A stretch of DNA of 64,000 nucleotides from assembly GCA_009103225.1 (NCBI GenBank), contig RHPI01000560.1, forward strand, positions 293,465 to 357,464, in the 5' to 3' direction. The position numbers and the translations under genes were made by a program. This document shows, piece after piece, positions 12,067 through 25,418 of this stretch. A model generated the notes under the pieces. It did no database searches. It saw only the letters and a program-made list of their open reading frames with translations, and was not told the origin of the DNA. Within the stretch, counting starts at the first letter, position 1, and every line of letters starts with the position of its first letter. The stretch comes from Chlorokybus atmophyticus. Taxonomy: Eukaryota > Plantae > Mesostigma and Chlorokybus algae.

Positions 12067-14624
12067 CTACAAGGTCAAGATCTCGTGGCCTTCGTCTGTT
12101 ATAAGTATTGTGTGCTCAAACTGCGCAGACAACCCATGGTCGGCTGTCACTACCGTCCAATTATCACTCCAAACCTGTGTGGAAGAGGTACGATCAGTCA
12201 CCTCCAACTCAGCACAAACAAACCATGCAAACCCGTTGTGCAAATGCCTGTGCAGTTAAATTATTATGTTTGTTTCGACATGTATTATTACTGTGATTGC
12301 AAGTAGCTCCCGCAGTTTGTGTGCTATGCAGGTGCACACGCATGCGTTTGAACAAAAATGCGCGATGCACCCCTATTGCTGTTCTTACCTTCTCCTTGAT
12401 GCTGCCGCTTTGGGTGAGCATGGGCTCAATAGTGAAGGTCTGCCACGGCAGCATGCGGCCGCCCGCGTTGTTGCGATAGTGCATGATTGCAGGTCCAGAG
12501 TGGAACGTTCGCCCCACGCCGTGCCCAACATAGTTCTTCACCACTCCGTACTTAAACTGATCCGCATAATCACTGCCATAATAACAGCACCGTTTCAGTC
12601 AATGACTTGAGTTGATGCGAGAAGCAATGCATGAGACGATATGAAACTCACTGGATGGTTTTGCCAATCAAGTTGTAGGCTACACCCGGCGCGCATATTG
12701 CTATTGACTTGTCCAACGCCTCCTTTGTCACCTGTGTCGTGTGTAACAAGGGTTAAAGTAGAAAGGTTGCACATGAATGTTCACACCACACAAACAAGTT
12801 TGGTACACGCAAGCTCACCTCAACGAGTTGCCGCGCATCATCTGAGACATTGCCAACAAAAAAGGTTTTGGAAGTGTCTCCATGATAACCCTGCAGAGAG
12901 GACTTAGTAGGGTAATTCACTGAGTCAAGTCAACTGTGTTCAAGCATGCTGCATAATCAAACCGGCCATGTCTTACATTGAGGTAGACGGTAACGTCAAT
13001 GTTGATGATGTCACCATCCTGCAGCTCGGTGGAGTCGGGGATGCCGTGGCACACACACTCGTTGATTGACGTGCACACGCTCTTTGGGAACTTGCCATAG
13101 TTGAGCGGTGACGGGTATGCCCCGGCATCGGTAATTGCCTTGTGTACAGCCTTGTCGATCTCATCGGTGGTCACACCGGGCTGTGCACATGGAGTTGGTC
13201 ACACAAGTCAATGGCAAGGTGTGTTCGTATGTTGATGTGTATAACAACAGAGCATGCAAGCCACAACAGGCGGGTGCACATGCATTTACAAAGAGAGCAA
13301 GCGCATGTGCGCATGTGTGATCACTTGTAGAGAGCAAGCGCACATGCAGGCACGCGCGTACTTGTGTGTGCGATTACGTGCAAGGTGTGCGTGTGCGTGC
13401 ACGCCTGCACACACTTCAGCATTGGACCACCATGCGACTCAAGTAACATAGATGATTGCCATGGCCCCAGCACACGCGTGTGTGCGGTCACCTTGCAGAG
13501 CGTGCCAGCGTAGTCGCGCACTTCCGCGGCCAGCTTGCACGCGGCGCGCATGCGCTCGATGCCGCGTTTGTCATGGATCTGCGGGCGGTTGACCCACGGT
13601 GGCGACTCCCCCGATTCCGCGTATGGCGGCCGCGGGATGTGCTTCGGGACCTCCAGAGGCGGGGACACAGTGCCTGGCACCAGCTTCCTCCTCCCTGAAC
13701 TGTACATGCATGCACGTAAGCAAGATGACATTCAAGCAATATTGTTAAAGCATTGCGCTGGCCATCCTATGATAAAGCTTACATTTAATGTCCACTTCAA
13801 CTGTAAGCAAACAAACAGTACACAATGTCTACTTCAACTGTAAGCAAACAGACAGTACACGAGCTGCTCAGCTTTGCAATTGCATAGGCTGTTCAATAAT
13901 AACCTGTGCCAAATCGTAAGTAACATTTACAACAGACGCCTGCAACAATGTACCTTTGTGCTGGCTGTTCGGCCCTCTTAAACAGCTGTCCGAAACCGCG
14001 GGCAGCTTTTGCAACAACTTGCGACGCCGTGTGGACTTTGCGACCAGGACGTCCGCTGGCCGACACTGCAAGTTCAAAACAGTGTCGCATGTGTATGCAT
14101 GGCGCAACACGCTGACATATATTTAAACAATATCGATGAACTTTTCTGATTACTCGTTGCAACTACGATCCAAGCTGTTAGCGAGAAGTCTGCAATTGCG
14201 CATGTTCCCCACTCTCACAGCTGGTTACCATCAAAGGGCAGTCATTACACCTGCCGTTCCCATCTACCAAAGCGCCTAACCATCAAATAACTCACATGCC
14301 ACTGCCTGTGGCGTGGAGACAACACTCACATGTATTTATCATAATCTGACACCCAAAAGCACACTGACTGCTGCGGCAATCTCCCTCAAACGGCGTGCAT
14401 CAGCCAACCTCATGCGAGCTTCATGCAACAGCTGCCCAGACTGGCTTTCAACAAGGTAGAGCGGAAGAGCGTCGGACATGATGAAACCCTACTGTACCTT
14501 TTCTGGAGAGTGCCTCCTTAGCGCCCCAGAACGCGGCGCGCGGCTTGCCGTTGCGGCTGTGCTTGCCGGCGGCGCCCATCAAGGTGACCCGACCCGCCGC
14601 CGCCAGCAGGACCTGCCCCGTCAT
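12067..14624 (-). CDS. MAP1D: Organellar methionine aminopeptidase type 1 (MAP1D-like)
   Basis: Exons: [46 protein letters not shown]; [54 protein letters not shown]; [11 protein letters not shown]; [17 protein letters not shown]; [29 protein letters not shown]. The N-terminus is transit-like ([17 protein letters not shown]). Confidence 0.95.
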
Positions 14625-15362
14625 GTAGCTCAGCACGTGCCTCACTGGCCACACAATCACAAGGAGCACTGCGAGGCGGCAGCTACGGCGATGATGCCTA
14701 CGACAGCGGCGGTGTCGGCGCTGACGACGTTTGCCACTGCTGCACTGAGAAGGCTTGGAAGACTCACCGCATCCGGTAGGGAAACATAACGGCGCGCCGC
14801 ATGCAGCATGGAACCTTGTGACTCTCCATATAATCACACATTGGGACCGCGTTGAAAGCATACAAGGTTGAAATCTGTGTTTATACACCAATCATCATGC
14901 CATAGGCTTGGTAAATTCATAACACACAAGAGTTGCGGTAAAGGAAGCTCTAAGAGTGGTTACAATCATCATACCATAACATCTGTCAAAACGTCATGTG
15001 GAACTTTGGCATTGTGTTACCAATTGCTTGTAATGCTACGTCAATTGCCTTACTCCTACTAAAACAGTGGACAAGCATTTGAAGTTGGACACATGGTTGT
15101 GATGACAATGTGCTTGTCGGAGTCTTAAAGCAAAAAATTAACGCAAGTGTGATGGAAATGATTTTGCGCAGGGTTTTTCAATATGAACAAACATATCAAA
15201 CAGTAACTGCCTTGCGCATATCCTGTACAACACCACTGATTATGATCCATGCATGCTTATGCGCAACCCTGAAGATAACCGCAACGAGGATGACCTTCAT
15301 GATTAGGCAGTGCACAATCTTTACAGCTATGGTCACATACCAGAAAGATTGTTATGTAGACG

Positions 15363-18036
15363 CTAGTCATACAGCAAGTACCGGTTTCGCATCGCACTGA
15401 ACCAGGTGACATCTTCTTGCCAGCTTGCTATGACGGCGCTTTCTTCCATGCCAGAATCGATGGCTTTCCTGACAGAGTCGGAGCCCGTGAGCTTGTCTAC
15501 CCAGAAGCCAGCTCCTGTGTCGTACCGCCATGCAAACTTCTTTGGCCATAGCAGTCGTATGCAGCTAATCACCGCGATCGCTGTTCTCAGCGGGTCAAAC
15601 AGCCTCTCATCGGTGATGAATACCTGTTTACGAATCCACATATTAGCTCTCAACGTCAAACATGAAGCTGAGCTGTGTGACACTGCTAGCTAATACTCAA
15701 TTCATCTGTCAAACCAGCAGTAGGTGGTTATCGCGGTGAGGCTACTTGCAAGGAAGCGATTAGTCACAATGTGCCCACATGCTGTAGTAAGTTACCTGCA
15801 CACCGCCGACAGTCTGCTTCTCGTACTTGCTGAAGGTTGGTTGGAAGTAAGCCTCCCTGAACGCTGCGCCTGGGACACCTTTTGCTCGCAAGGCGGCCGC
15901 CAAACTGCCATCGATCCACGGTGCACCTACCTGCGTGCAAAAAGATATACTCCTGTATGAGCCGCAGCAACAACCACCTGTTGCAATGAGTCTAGCCTGT
16001 TTAATCACCAGCTCGAAAGGCAAGGTGGTCCCTCGCCCTTCTGATACATTTGTTCCCTGCAAGTGGCAAGGAGAAGTTGCAGCCATGACCTGCATTGCAT
16101 GTTGGTCCAAGCGTACTCAGTGTCTTGTAAATACCTCAAACAGCCCCATGCCGGCATACACCAGCGCAGTGGTGGCGGTAGGTACATTTGGTGAAGGCGG
16201 CACCCACAGTAAGCCCAGTTGTGACCAGCGCATGCTGCGCCGCCAGCCTTTGCATTTGACTACTCGCAGATCTGCCTGATACACATGGCACGCTATTACT
16301 TGGTAAGGTAGCCAGGACATGCATGCAACCAACCAACACACCTTTGAGCCATTAGCATCGCCAGGTACGTACTCTGCGTTAAACAGCTGCGCCAATTCTC
16401 CTATGGTCATCCCATGCCGCAAAGCAATTGACTGCACAGGTCAAGGTGAGCATACAACACCCAGCAATGTAAGCATGCGTCAATGTAGGCACGAACCTTG
16501 CGCCCAACAAAAGTCGCACATGAGGGTGTCATCAAAGGCCCATCAACTATGTTGCCTCCAATCGGGTTTGGGCGATCCAGTACAACCACTGGGAGCTGAC
16601 ATAATGCAGCTGCAACCAGGCAGTCATAAAGCGTCCATATGTATGTGTAAAACCGCACCTGCGAAGTGCCAAATGTTTCAGCAACCTTGACAGCAAGTCT
16701 GCACGAGCACGAGACAATGTCAGGTTTTCAAAGAACACACACCAAAGTACAAACACTACCTAACACTCAACACCAGTACCCCAATGTCTTGCAGGTCGAA
16801 CACCAACGTGTCAATGCCAGCTTTTTGGAATATCGCTTTCAGGCCAGTCCCTTGCTGCATTTGGAACATACATGCGCTGAAACAGCGCAACCACCATGAA
16901 GATGATTCCACTACGAGCAAGTTGGGAAGCAAACAGCGTACCAACACACTGCCGAGCAGGCATGACTACCTTCATGTAGATATCGTACACAGGTAGTCCG
17001 GTTGCTGTGTCCACAGTAAAGCCTTCAGACTTGCCAGCCTACACATATTAACCGCAGCTAAGTGCTCGCTGTGCATCTCTCTTGGCCATCCATGTGTCAA
17101 CAAGCAGCCACATGATGCAAGCAAACACTGCACAAGATCGCTGCAAGCTAGCCTGACATATCCGAGCTCTGCAACCATACTGCCTACCTGAGATGTCCCG
17201 CGAAACCCGTGCTCAGGTCCAAATACAGCAACAACATTGACCTGGTCCGACGCGTGCGCAACATCCACCTGGCACATGCATTGACTTCACTTGCATGATC
17301 GGCTAAGCAACGACAGCCCGGTAGCCAACAAGCGAACTCACCTCATGGCGCATATCACTGAAGACACCGGTATGGTTGGTCAGCACGCCAACCTGTAACA
17401 CTACAGTTGTTAGCGTCACACACAATGCACCATGCAGTCTTAGTGGACAGTTGCTAGCAGTCGGTAACAAGTGGAACTGCAAAACATGCAACTGGACATG
17501 GCAAAAGCCTGTGCACGCTTATGCATGTCGCACGTGTGTGCCCGATGCCCATATGCTGCAGTAAACTTTGCAATGTCACACTGCAGGACTATGCCGAGCA
17601 TACCCTTATGTTACAAGATTGGCCTGCATGCTTGCTGGTCGTGCATGCATAGTCTCCAGACTGCTGTGTTGGAAACACACCATGCAGAGCATCCCATCAA
17701 CACACAATGCAGTTGTTTCTTTCACACTTGCACTTGATCTACGACAAACTCGATCACCTTACGCCCTTGAAGAATGCTGTAACCCTCTGCAGCCAGCATC
17801 TCCAGTCCGGTCACGACTCTGGCGGTAGCGGTAGCATCCATCAAGTTGGTTCGCCGCAGCAACGGACCGAGCCGTTCAACCACGCTGGCTCCTGCTGCAA
17901 CAGGCGGCTCCGACGACGACAATGGCTCGACGCCGATAGCATCGTCTAAAGACTCAGTCCTCGCAGCAGGCGGCGGCAAAAACACGCTCACCGCCGCCGC
18001 CAACCCCACCGCCCCAGCCAGCCATGCCGCCCACAT
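15363..18036 (-). CDS. namZ: Bacterial-type exo-beta-N-acetylmuramidase NamZ (DUF1343/YbbC, GH171) with spliceosomal introns
   Basis: Spliced motifs in family order: RVVTGLEML..GRKVGVLTNHTG, VAVFGPEHGFRGT, TGLPVYDIY, LVFDLQDIG|VRFYTYIWTL, VVVLDRPNPIGG, RHGMTIGELAQLFN, WVPPSPNVPT..ALVYAGMGLFE|GTNVSEGRGTTLPFEL, FREAYFQPTFSKY, WVDKLTGS, RNRYLLYD*. The N-terminus is hydrophobic (MWAAWLAGAVGLAAAVSVFL). Confidence 0.92.
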
Positions 18037-18269
18037 GCTTACTTGCAATGCTGCAACGCAGCTACCGTGAGCTGAAAATAACCAAACAACACAGCGCTAA
18101 CCAAGAACGATATCCATACTTCTTTCGGTCACGCAGGAACCGGTAACGCGTTTACTTCATGTATCGAGTTGGTTCCAGTTAGTGGGACTGAGGAACGTTA
18201 ACCACGAGGTCAGCTGCGAGGTTGTTGCCGGTAGAGCCGTGGTGGGCGGCGTAGGTGGCGTCGGCGGGG

Positions 18270-20003
18270 ATGGTCGCCTTGAGCAGGTGGCTTGCGTCCT
18301 GCGCGTTTCTGTCACTGCTATTGTTGGCCGCATGCTCCACGGGCGCTTGGGCCCAGAAGGCGAGCAAGCAACGGCAAGGGGACACCCGGCAAAAGGTATA
18401 ACGTGCTGGCTGTTGTTGGCTCCTCTTTTCGTCTCTGAGACGATTGCGGGTTAGATGTACAAACTAGTTGCATGCCAGACTTCGTACTCAGGAAGCCGAA
18501 TGAGTGTGCTGTCAGGCTTTAACCAGCTTATACAACACAATGTGTGCTCATCCAGAAGCATGCTTGCCTTCAAAAAGGGGTCAGGCAACAATGCGATGGC
18601 AAATGCACAGACATCCTGCCTACAGGAGCTTTATAATGCTGGAGCGTGCTCTCAAACTACGCTGTCTTGGTGCTGTTGTGTTAGGATTCCAGTCGTCGCT
18701 GGTTTGTGTCACACAGACTGTGCGCCATGGCACGCTTTCTCCGGTTTGCTCATCACTGTCTGTGCATTGCGAAAACAGCAAGCGCCCGATTGAGGGTTGT
18801 TGACGTTTGTGGCACGCATGTTCTTATTAATGCGTAACATTGCATGCCTGCAGTGGTGCCAGCTCGTGGCTTGCCACAATCTTGCAACGTATTGTTTTAG
18901 ACACAGTGACGATGGTGCTGACACATGGTCAAGTCGTTGACAATGCTTGGTTAAGTCATGCTGCTCACAATGCGGGCTGTATGGCAGGAGCTCGCAGGGC
19001 TGGTAGCTTCTGCATGGGATGGGATTATCTCCTTGGATGGCAGCCTGTTTGACAAATACGCACAGGGGAGTGAACCCAGGCCATACACGCTGGTGTTGTT
19101 CCTGGACGCTGAGTCTCTTCATAATCGCCTGCCTCTGCAGAAGTATGAGCAAAATCTATGCACATGCAAGCGCTATGGTTGTGTGTGAACAGTATTAAAC
19201 GTGTTGTGTGCAGGTTGAAGACTGAGTTTGCCCTGGCTGCAGCAGCGTACAAGAAAGAGCATGGCGCTACACCTGAAGGCAGAAGGGTTGTTTTTGCTAC
19301 AATGGAGTTTTCACGTTCGCAGGCGGCTTTTGGACTGTTGGGTGTCAAGACACTGCCTCATGTTTGCGTGATCCCGCCTTCAGCAAGCAGGGGAGGGGAT
19401 GGCGTCCTGGCGTTGCCTCCTGAGTACACGGCACCGCCACCAAACGACCTCAACTCCTATGCCGAGACCATTGCGCAGTTTGTTGAGGCAAGTACAGGGC
19501 TGAAGTTGACTTCGCCCATCGTGAGGCCACGGCTGTTTGATCAGACTTGGTTCCGGATCACCTTCTTGCTTGGCATTGTCGGTTTCCTCAGTCTAGCGTA
19601 CAAAATCATTAGTTCTGGTGCGCTCCAAAGACCTCAGTTGTGGGTGTTGGGAGCACTGGCAGTGTACTACTTCTCTGTCTCAGGGGGCATGTATGGCATC
19701 ATCCGTGGTGTCCCGCTTGTTGGCGTTGACCAACAGACCGGCCAGCCAACCTTTTTCTCTAGCCCAGGGCAGGGGCAGCTTGGAGCTGAGGGGTTCATCA
19801 TTGGCTTCCTCCATTTGTCAGTTGGGCTTCTTGTCGCCTTCCTCACACATGTTGCTCCCTCCATTGAAAATCCTCGCAAGCAGCGCTCTGTCACTTACAT
19901 CCTGCTGGCGGCGGCCGCATTGCTCTTCCTCAAGGATGTCAACCTCTACACATGGAAGACTGGCTATGGGTTGCGAGTGTTCTGGCCTAAGTTTTTGTCA
20001 TGA
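18270..20003 (+). CDS. OST3: Oligosaccharyltransferase subunit OST3/OST6 family
   Basis: Signal peptide MVALSRWLASCAFLSLLLLAACSTGAWA and a thioredoxin-like lumenal part (GIISLDGSLFDKY..PRPYTLVLFLDA; LKTEFALAA..VVFATMEFSRSQAAFGLLGVKTLPH). The TM region carries YYFSVSGGMYGIIRGVP..GQLGAEGFIIG and ends YTWKTGY. Confidence 0.92.
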
Positions 20004-20863
20004 TGCATGGCTCTGGCGTGGACCTGGTTAGCTGAATTCAGCAGGCGATAAGGCCATTGCTAATGTTGAGAGTAAGATATCATTGCTGTTGCGTGTGTCG
20101 AGTGAAAAGCTGTGGGTTGGTAAGTCGTCATGTTCTATATCCTTGCTCTCTTCTGGTACAAACTTGTGGCTTGTATGCGGAAATATGCGGTATAGTTGTA
20201 GGTGAGCTTGATTTACAATGTCTGAACTTTGATACAGACCTAGGACATGCGATGGATACAAACATGGACTGCATGTTGACTGCCATGTAGCGGGGTGGGT
20301 AGCATATTGTGTGCGCTAGATAGTATAGTACCTGGTGCTGGCATCTAATGACACATGCATATGCTCATGCGCTTGATGAGATATGTGCATGATGCAACGT
20401 GTGACCATGCAATACCATGCAGGTGCATAGTAGACTAGAGATTGATGTACACTAACCCAACAGACCCCAGCATCAACCAGCTGCAGCAATCCTGCATCTC
20501 TTGTACGACACTGGGTGACTTCAGCAGCATTACCAAGTGATTTCGGATAAGTGAATGCATTGATTCCCATTATTCAATTTGTGGAATGTTCAAAGCCCAG
20601 GGGCTGACAAGTTTGCAGCAGGTATTGCCAGATTTTACCACTTTCACATGTTGAACTGACAGATAGCGAGTCGCACAAGAGACATGGCATTTGAGATCAG
20701 GCACAGTGCAGTGTGGGACAGATAGATTTCCTAGTCGTATGCATGGAACATGCTGGTGTCCTAGCATAAAGCAGAATGGTGTGAAACAGCTGCAAGGCTA
20801 CCTGACGGAGCTACGCAACAGTTGCATGTATAGATACTTGTAAAGAGTCAGCCAAAGCAGATG

Positions 20864-22495
20864 CTACTTGACATATTTACCCAAAAACTTCCTATGAAAG
20901 TCACTCCTGATGGTGTCATTGATAAACCGCTTTTGCTGCTTTGGCTCGCCCCTTGTCTGGTTGCGAAACACCACATCATCATCCCACCTGCGCTTCACGT
21001 CGAACCCCACAGCCTGCTGCTGCTGCTTGTTCATCAGGGGGTTGCCCTTCACGATGTCGCGCTCTTTGGCGCTTCGCGCCACCTCCTCTTCTTCAGCAGC
21101 CTGCCATTGTCATGTACACACACTTAAGCCAACAGCTGCTTGACAGCACTGCCATTGCTACAGGCCCAACCATGCAACATGCTCAAGATTGGGAGTTGGT
21201 AATCAGGATCTTACCTTCCTGGCTTGCTCTTCTGCGCGCTCCCTCTTGATGCGGTTCAGCTCCGCTAACAACTCAGCGGTATCATCCTCATCCTCGTCCT
21301 CACTGTTTAGCAATGACACAAAGGAGTTTGAGACGAGACGCAGGTGGTCAATTACAACCCAGGTAGGCAAGTGTTATAAACAATGCTCAGCATATACCTC
21401 TCCTCGTCCTCCGATTTGTCTTCCTCGTCAGTATCATCTGCATCAATGGCCCGTGGGACCAACTTGCTTTCGACATCTCCTTTGGCTGCAAACCGACCAA
21501 ACCAACTCAACACGCCGAAGGCTTTGTAGGCATGATAAGTTTGGGTGGTGGTAACCACTGTCAGATTGCAATCACAACTCACCAGGCGGGCCCTCCAATA
21601 ATCGTACGTCTTTTCTCCTGTCATCTAACGGAGAAAAGCAAACGACAAGCATTCAGTGTTAATCAGTGCACCAAAAGACCAGCACAGTTGCAAATAGCAC
21701 AACAACACAGAAAGGTGAAACCCATATCACAAATCCGCACCTGCATCGCTGTAGCGCTTCTCCTTGTCCTTAACTGAGAAATGCTTGCGCTCCCGCTCCA
21801 GCAGCTCCTCCTTCAGGTCGCGCGCCTTGACCTCAGCAGACGAGTCCTGACCAGGCTGCCTGCACGATGCGATTACATGCGATGTTGGTGCCAAGTGTCT
21901 AAATGATACAAGCAACCAGAACCCGTGCACGCAATCGGGCCTACAAGAAGTGCGCCAACAAACAATGAGCATGCACATGTCGCAACATGCCATAATTGCC
22001 AAGTATGATGCTTCGAGACCGACAATGAACCACGTCACATGGACACAAAAACAAAGCAGCTGAGATATTGTGTTTAGTTGCAAAATGCAACAAAACAAGC
22101 CGATTGCTCCAGTGCTTGTGTTGAAATGGCGCACAGACTTGAGCTCGACTTAAAATGGCGCATGAAAGGAAGCCAGCAGAAACCCTCCGCACGCAGGCTA
22201 GTAGTCATATACAATGTAGAGTGTGCAACTGTGCGACAACTTAATGCCCGAGGCCATCTATATGTATGCTTCTGGCAGCAGCAGCCATATCAACAACGAC
22301 AGTGACCACGACAATGACCACAACTGCAGCAACAAAAAGGGAGGATTAGAAGAATGCAGTGTACCTTGTCTTGAGAAGAGTATGAGAAGCCATATCTCTG
22401 GAAGAGAATTTCTTGGAAGGGCCAAACATCCTGGCACCTCCCTGCTCCTCGCCACCCTTGGCGGGTGCCCATGTTGGACGCGCAGCCGTTGTCAT
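20864..22495 (-). CDS. CWC15: Spliceosome-associated protein CWC15
   Basis: MTTAARPTWAPAKGGEEQGGARMFGPSKKFSSRDMASHTLLKTR; LKEELLERERKHF; IDADDTDEED; VKRRWDDDVVFRNQTRGEPKQQKRFINDTIRSDFHRKFLGKYVK*. Confidence 0.96.
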
Positions 22496-22570
22496 GTTGT
22501 AACACGACCCGCTCTCACGACCCTACCTCAAACCAACCCCCTGACTCCGCCTCCGCCTGCACCTCCTTGG

Positions 22571-23030
22571 AAACCCTAATTCAGCCAAGCCAGCAGTCCA
22601 ACCCCTCTACAAGCGCAAGCGCACCTGGAAGCGCGACCAGTAGCTACCCGTCGCCGCCCCTCACCACGTCACACTCAAGTGACAATGACAATTCCCTTCC
22701 TCCACTACAAACACCACCGCCGCCACCGCCGCCGCCGCTGACAACGCTGACAACCAGTCTTGTCGACGTCTGACAATGAACCCGCCCGACGACACAAGCC
22801 CAAAGATAACCGTTCTTGTCTATAAGATGTCGGTGCAGTTGGAATTAGATATCAGAGGTATTGCAGTGCAATGACCGTCTCTCTATAAGCAAGATTTTGG
22901 CTATAATGACAAATGCAACATGCACTGTGCAACCCCAATGTGTGCACTACAGCGAAGGGCATACGTTTTCCAGAAGTGAAAGGGCACTCTATTAGCATAT
23001 GCCTCAATCGTAAACCCTAACCCTAAAACC
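22571..23030 (+). promoter_or_regulatory. Telo-boxes in the CWC15 / pyruvate kinase divergent promoter
   Basis: AAACCCTAA at 22571-22579 and TAAACCCTAACCCTAAAACC at 23011-23030. GGC/GGT-rich leaders precede both ATGs. Confidence 0.6.
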
Positions 23031-23092
23031 GGCCAGCTAACCAGCTCGGCGGCGGCGGCGGAGGTGGCGGTGGCGCAGCGCCTTATTCCAGC

Positions 23093-25056
23093 ATGGGGAC
23101 CATCAGCATGGAGATGGTTGTCAATGACACCCACCGCCGGGTGAGTCTTGACGCCTATGGCTGTTGTCTCGTTTGCCGCATTGTGGCTTTCCTCTGCTGC
23201 CGTTACGTACTACCTTTCTGACCTGGCCTGGCCTGACCAGATAAGGCCAGGCCTGACCAGGCTAGGCCAGGCCATACAAGATAGCTCTCTAGGTCAGGTC
23301 ACAATACGTACACACGTCAATCATCGCCATGTCTGATTAAATCATTTGCACCCTGCTATTTTCTACTTCTACATGCATGGCATTGTGCCTTGACTGGCTT
23401 GGCTTGGCCCGATGTATGCATGTACACATACGGACTGAGTGCCTGCATGCATTATGACGCGGACACCCACAGAGGCATACTCCCGTATGCATGCTTGCAC
23501 ATATGTGTGCATGTTGGGGGTGCACCCGCACACCCGCACACCCGCACACGCACAGTCACACATGCACATGCGCGCAGGTGAACCTGACGAAGATTGTGTG
23601 CACGTTGGGGCCGGTGTCGAGATCGGTAGAGATGCTTGAGAAGCTTCTCCAGGCGGGTATGAGCGTGGCGAGGTTCAACTTCAGCCATGGCAGCCACGAG
23701 TACCACCAGGAGACGCTGGACAACTTGAAGCAGGCGATGAGGAATACAAAGATCATGTGCGCGGTGTTGCTGGATACAAAGGGTCCGGAGATCCGCACAG
23801 GCATGCTCGAAGGTGGCAACCCCGTGCAACTCGTGGCTGGATCCGAGGTGACCCTCACCACGGATTACACCGTCAAAGGCAATGACAAGCTTATCGCATG
23901 CTCGTACAAGAAGCTTGCGCAAGATGTGGCTCCCGGGAAGAAGATCCTCATGGCGGACGGGAGCATCACGCTCTCGGTGTTGTCGACAGACACGTCCGCG
24001 GGCACGGCTAAGTGCCGCTGCGAGAACACGGCCATGTTGGGCGAGCGCAAGAACATGAACCTACCGGGTGTGGTGGTGGACCTGCCCACCATCACGGACA
24101 AGGACAAGGAGGACCTGCTGCAGTGGGGCCTTCCCAACAGCATCGACTTCATCGCGGCCTCGTTCGTGCGTAAGGGCAGTGACTTGCAGTACATCAGGCA
24201 GGTGCTTGGCCCCGCCGGCGCGCAGATCCAACTCATCTCCAAGGTTGAAAACCAGGAGGGATTGGTCAACTTTGATGACATCCTGCATCACAGCGATGGC
24301 ATCATGGTGGCGCGTGGGGACCTCGGCATGGAGATCCCCACGCAGAAAGTGTTTCTGGCTCAGAAGATGATGATTCATAAGTGCAACTCGGCGGGGAAGC
24401 CCGTCATCACGGCAACGCAGATGCTGGAGTCAATGATCAAGTCTCCCAAACCCACGCGTGCGGAGGCCACGGACGTGGCCAACGCCGTGATCGACGGCAC
24501 GGACTGCGTGATGCTCTCGGGTGAGACCGCTGCTGGTAAGTACCCCATCGAGGCCGTGTCCATCATGAAAAAGATCTGCTGCGAGGCCGAGGCCTCCCTC
24601 AACTACTCCAACCTGTTCAAGCACGTGATGAAGCACGCCCCCATGCCGATGAGTCCCCTGGAGTCCCTCGCGTCCTCCGCCGTGCGCACCGCCATGAAGG
24701 TGGGCGCCTCTCTCATCATCGTGCTCACTCGCGGCGGGTCCACCGCACGCCTCGTGTCAAAGTATAGGCCCCCCGTGCCCGTCCTTACCGCCGCCGTGCC
24801 CATGCTCGTTACTGACAACCTCACATGGCGCATCTCCGGCGTGGCTCCGGCACGCCACAGCCTCGTCGTTCGCGGCCTCATCCCTCTCCTCGGCGAGGGC
24901 ACAGAGAAGGGCACCGACATGGACACCACTGAGGCACTCCTCCAGGGCTCCATCGACCACGGCAAGGCCAAGGGTCTCTGTGCTGTTGGCGACAGCGTCG
25001 TTGCCCTTCACCGCATTGGCTCCGCCGCCGTTATCAAGATTGTCGATGTCAAGTAG
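23093..25056 (+). CDS. PK: Cytosolic pyruvate kinase (two exons)
   Basis: Exon 1 is MGTISMEMVVNDTHRR|gtgag. Exon 2 (23578-25056) contains TKIVCTLGP, VARFNFSHGSHEYH, LLDTKGPEIRTG, ISKVENQEG, DGIMVARGDLGMEIP, TATQMLESM, PTRAEATDVANAVIDGTDCVMLSGETA. No transit peptide. Confidence 0.97.
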
Positions 25057-25418
25057 AGGCGCGTTGCCACTTGCAGTGTACATACTACTATCTCTCTTAC
25101 AGCTGTTGTATTATACGTTGAAAAGTTCAACGGTAGGACAGTAGACACAACCATTCTTTGCACGATTGCTATTCATGGGGATTGGGAGCCAGAATGTATC
25201 AAGGGTCATTGTGTTTTCACATGAACTGGAACCATTGCCAGTGCACAGGCGTAGAGATGATCCTACTGCCTTGTGGGGCACGGAGCAGCAGTGGACAGCT
25301 GGCATGCATTGGCTCGTGAAGCTGTTCCAATGCATTGACAACCTCCATTGTTACATGACTACATTTGGCTCATATGTCAATGCCAGCATGGAGGGCAACA
25401 TCTGCAGCTGACAGCATG

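Noticed and set aside
15363-18036. Bacterial contamination as the source of namZ
   Set aside because: The gene has many GT-AG introns in the same style as its neighbours and sits 230 bp head-to-head with eukaryotic OST3.
23215-23280. GGCCT/CCAGG quasi-palindrome in the PK intron (similar CCAGA runs at 53380 and 54180)
   Set aside because: These are simple pentanucleotide microsatellites with no further structure.
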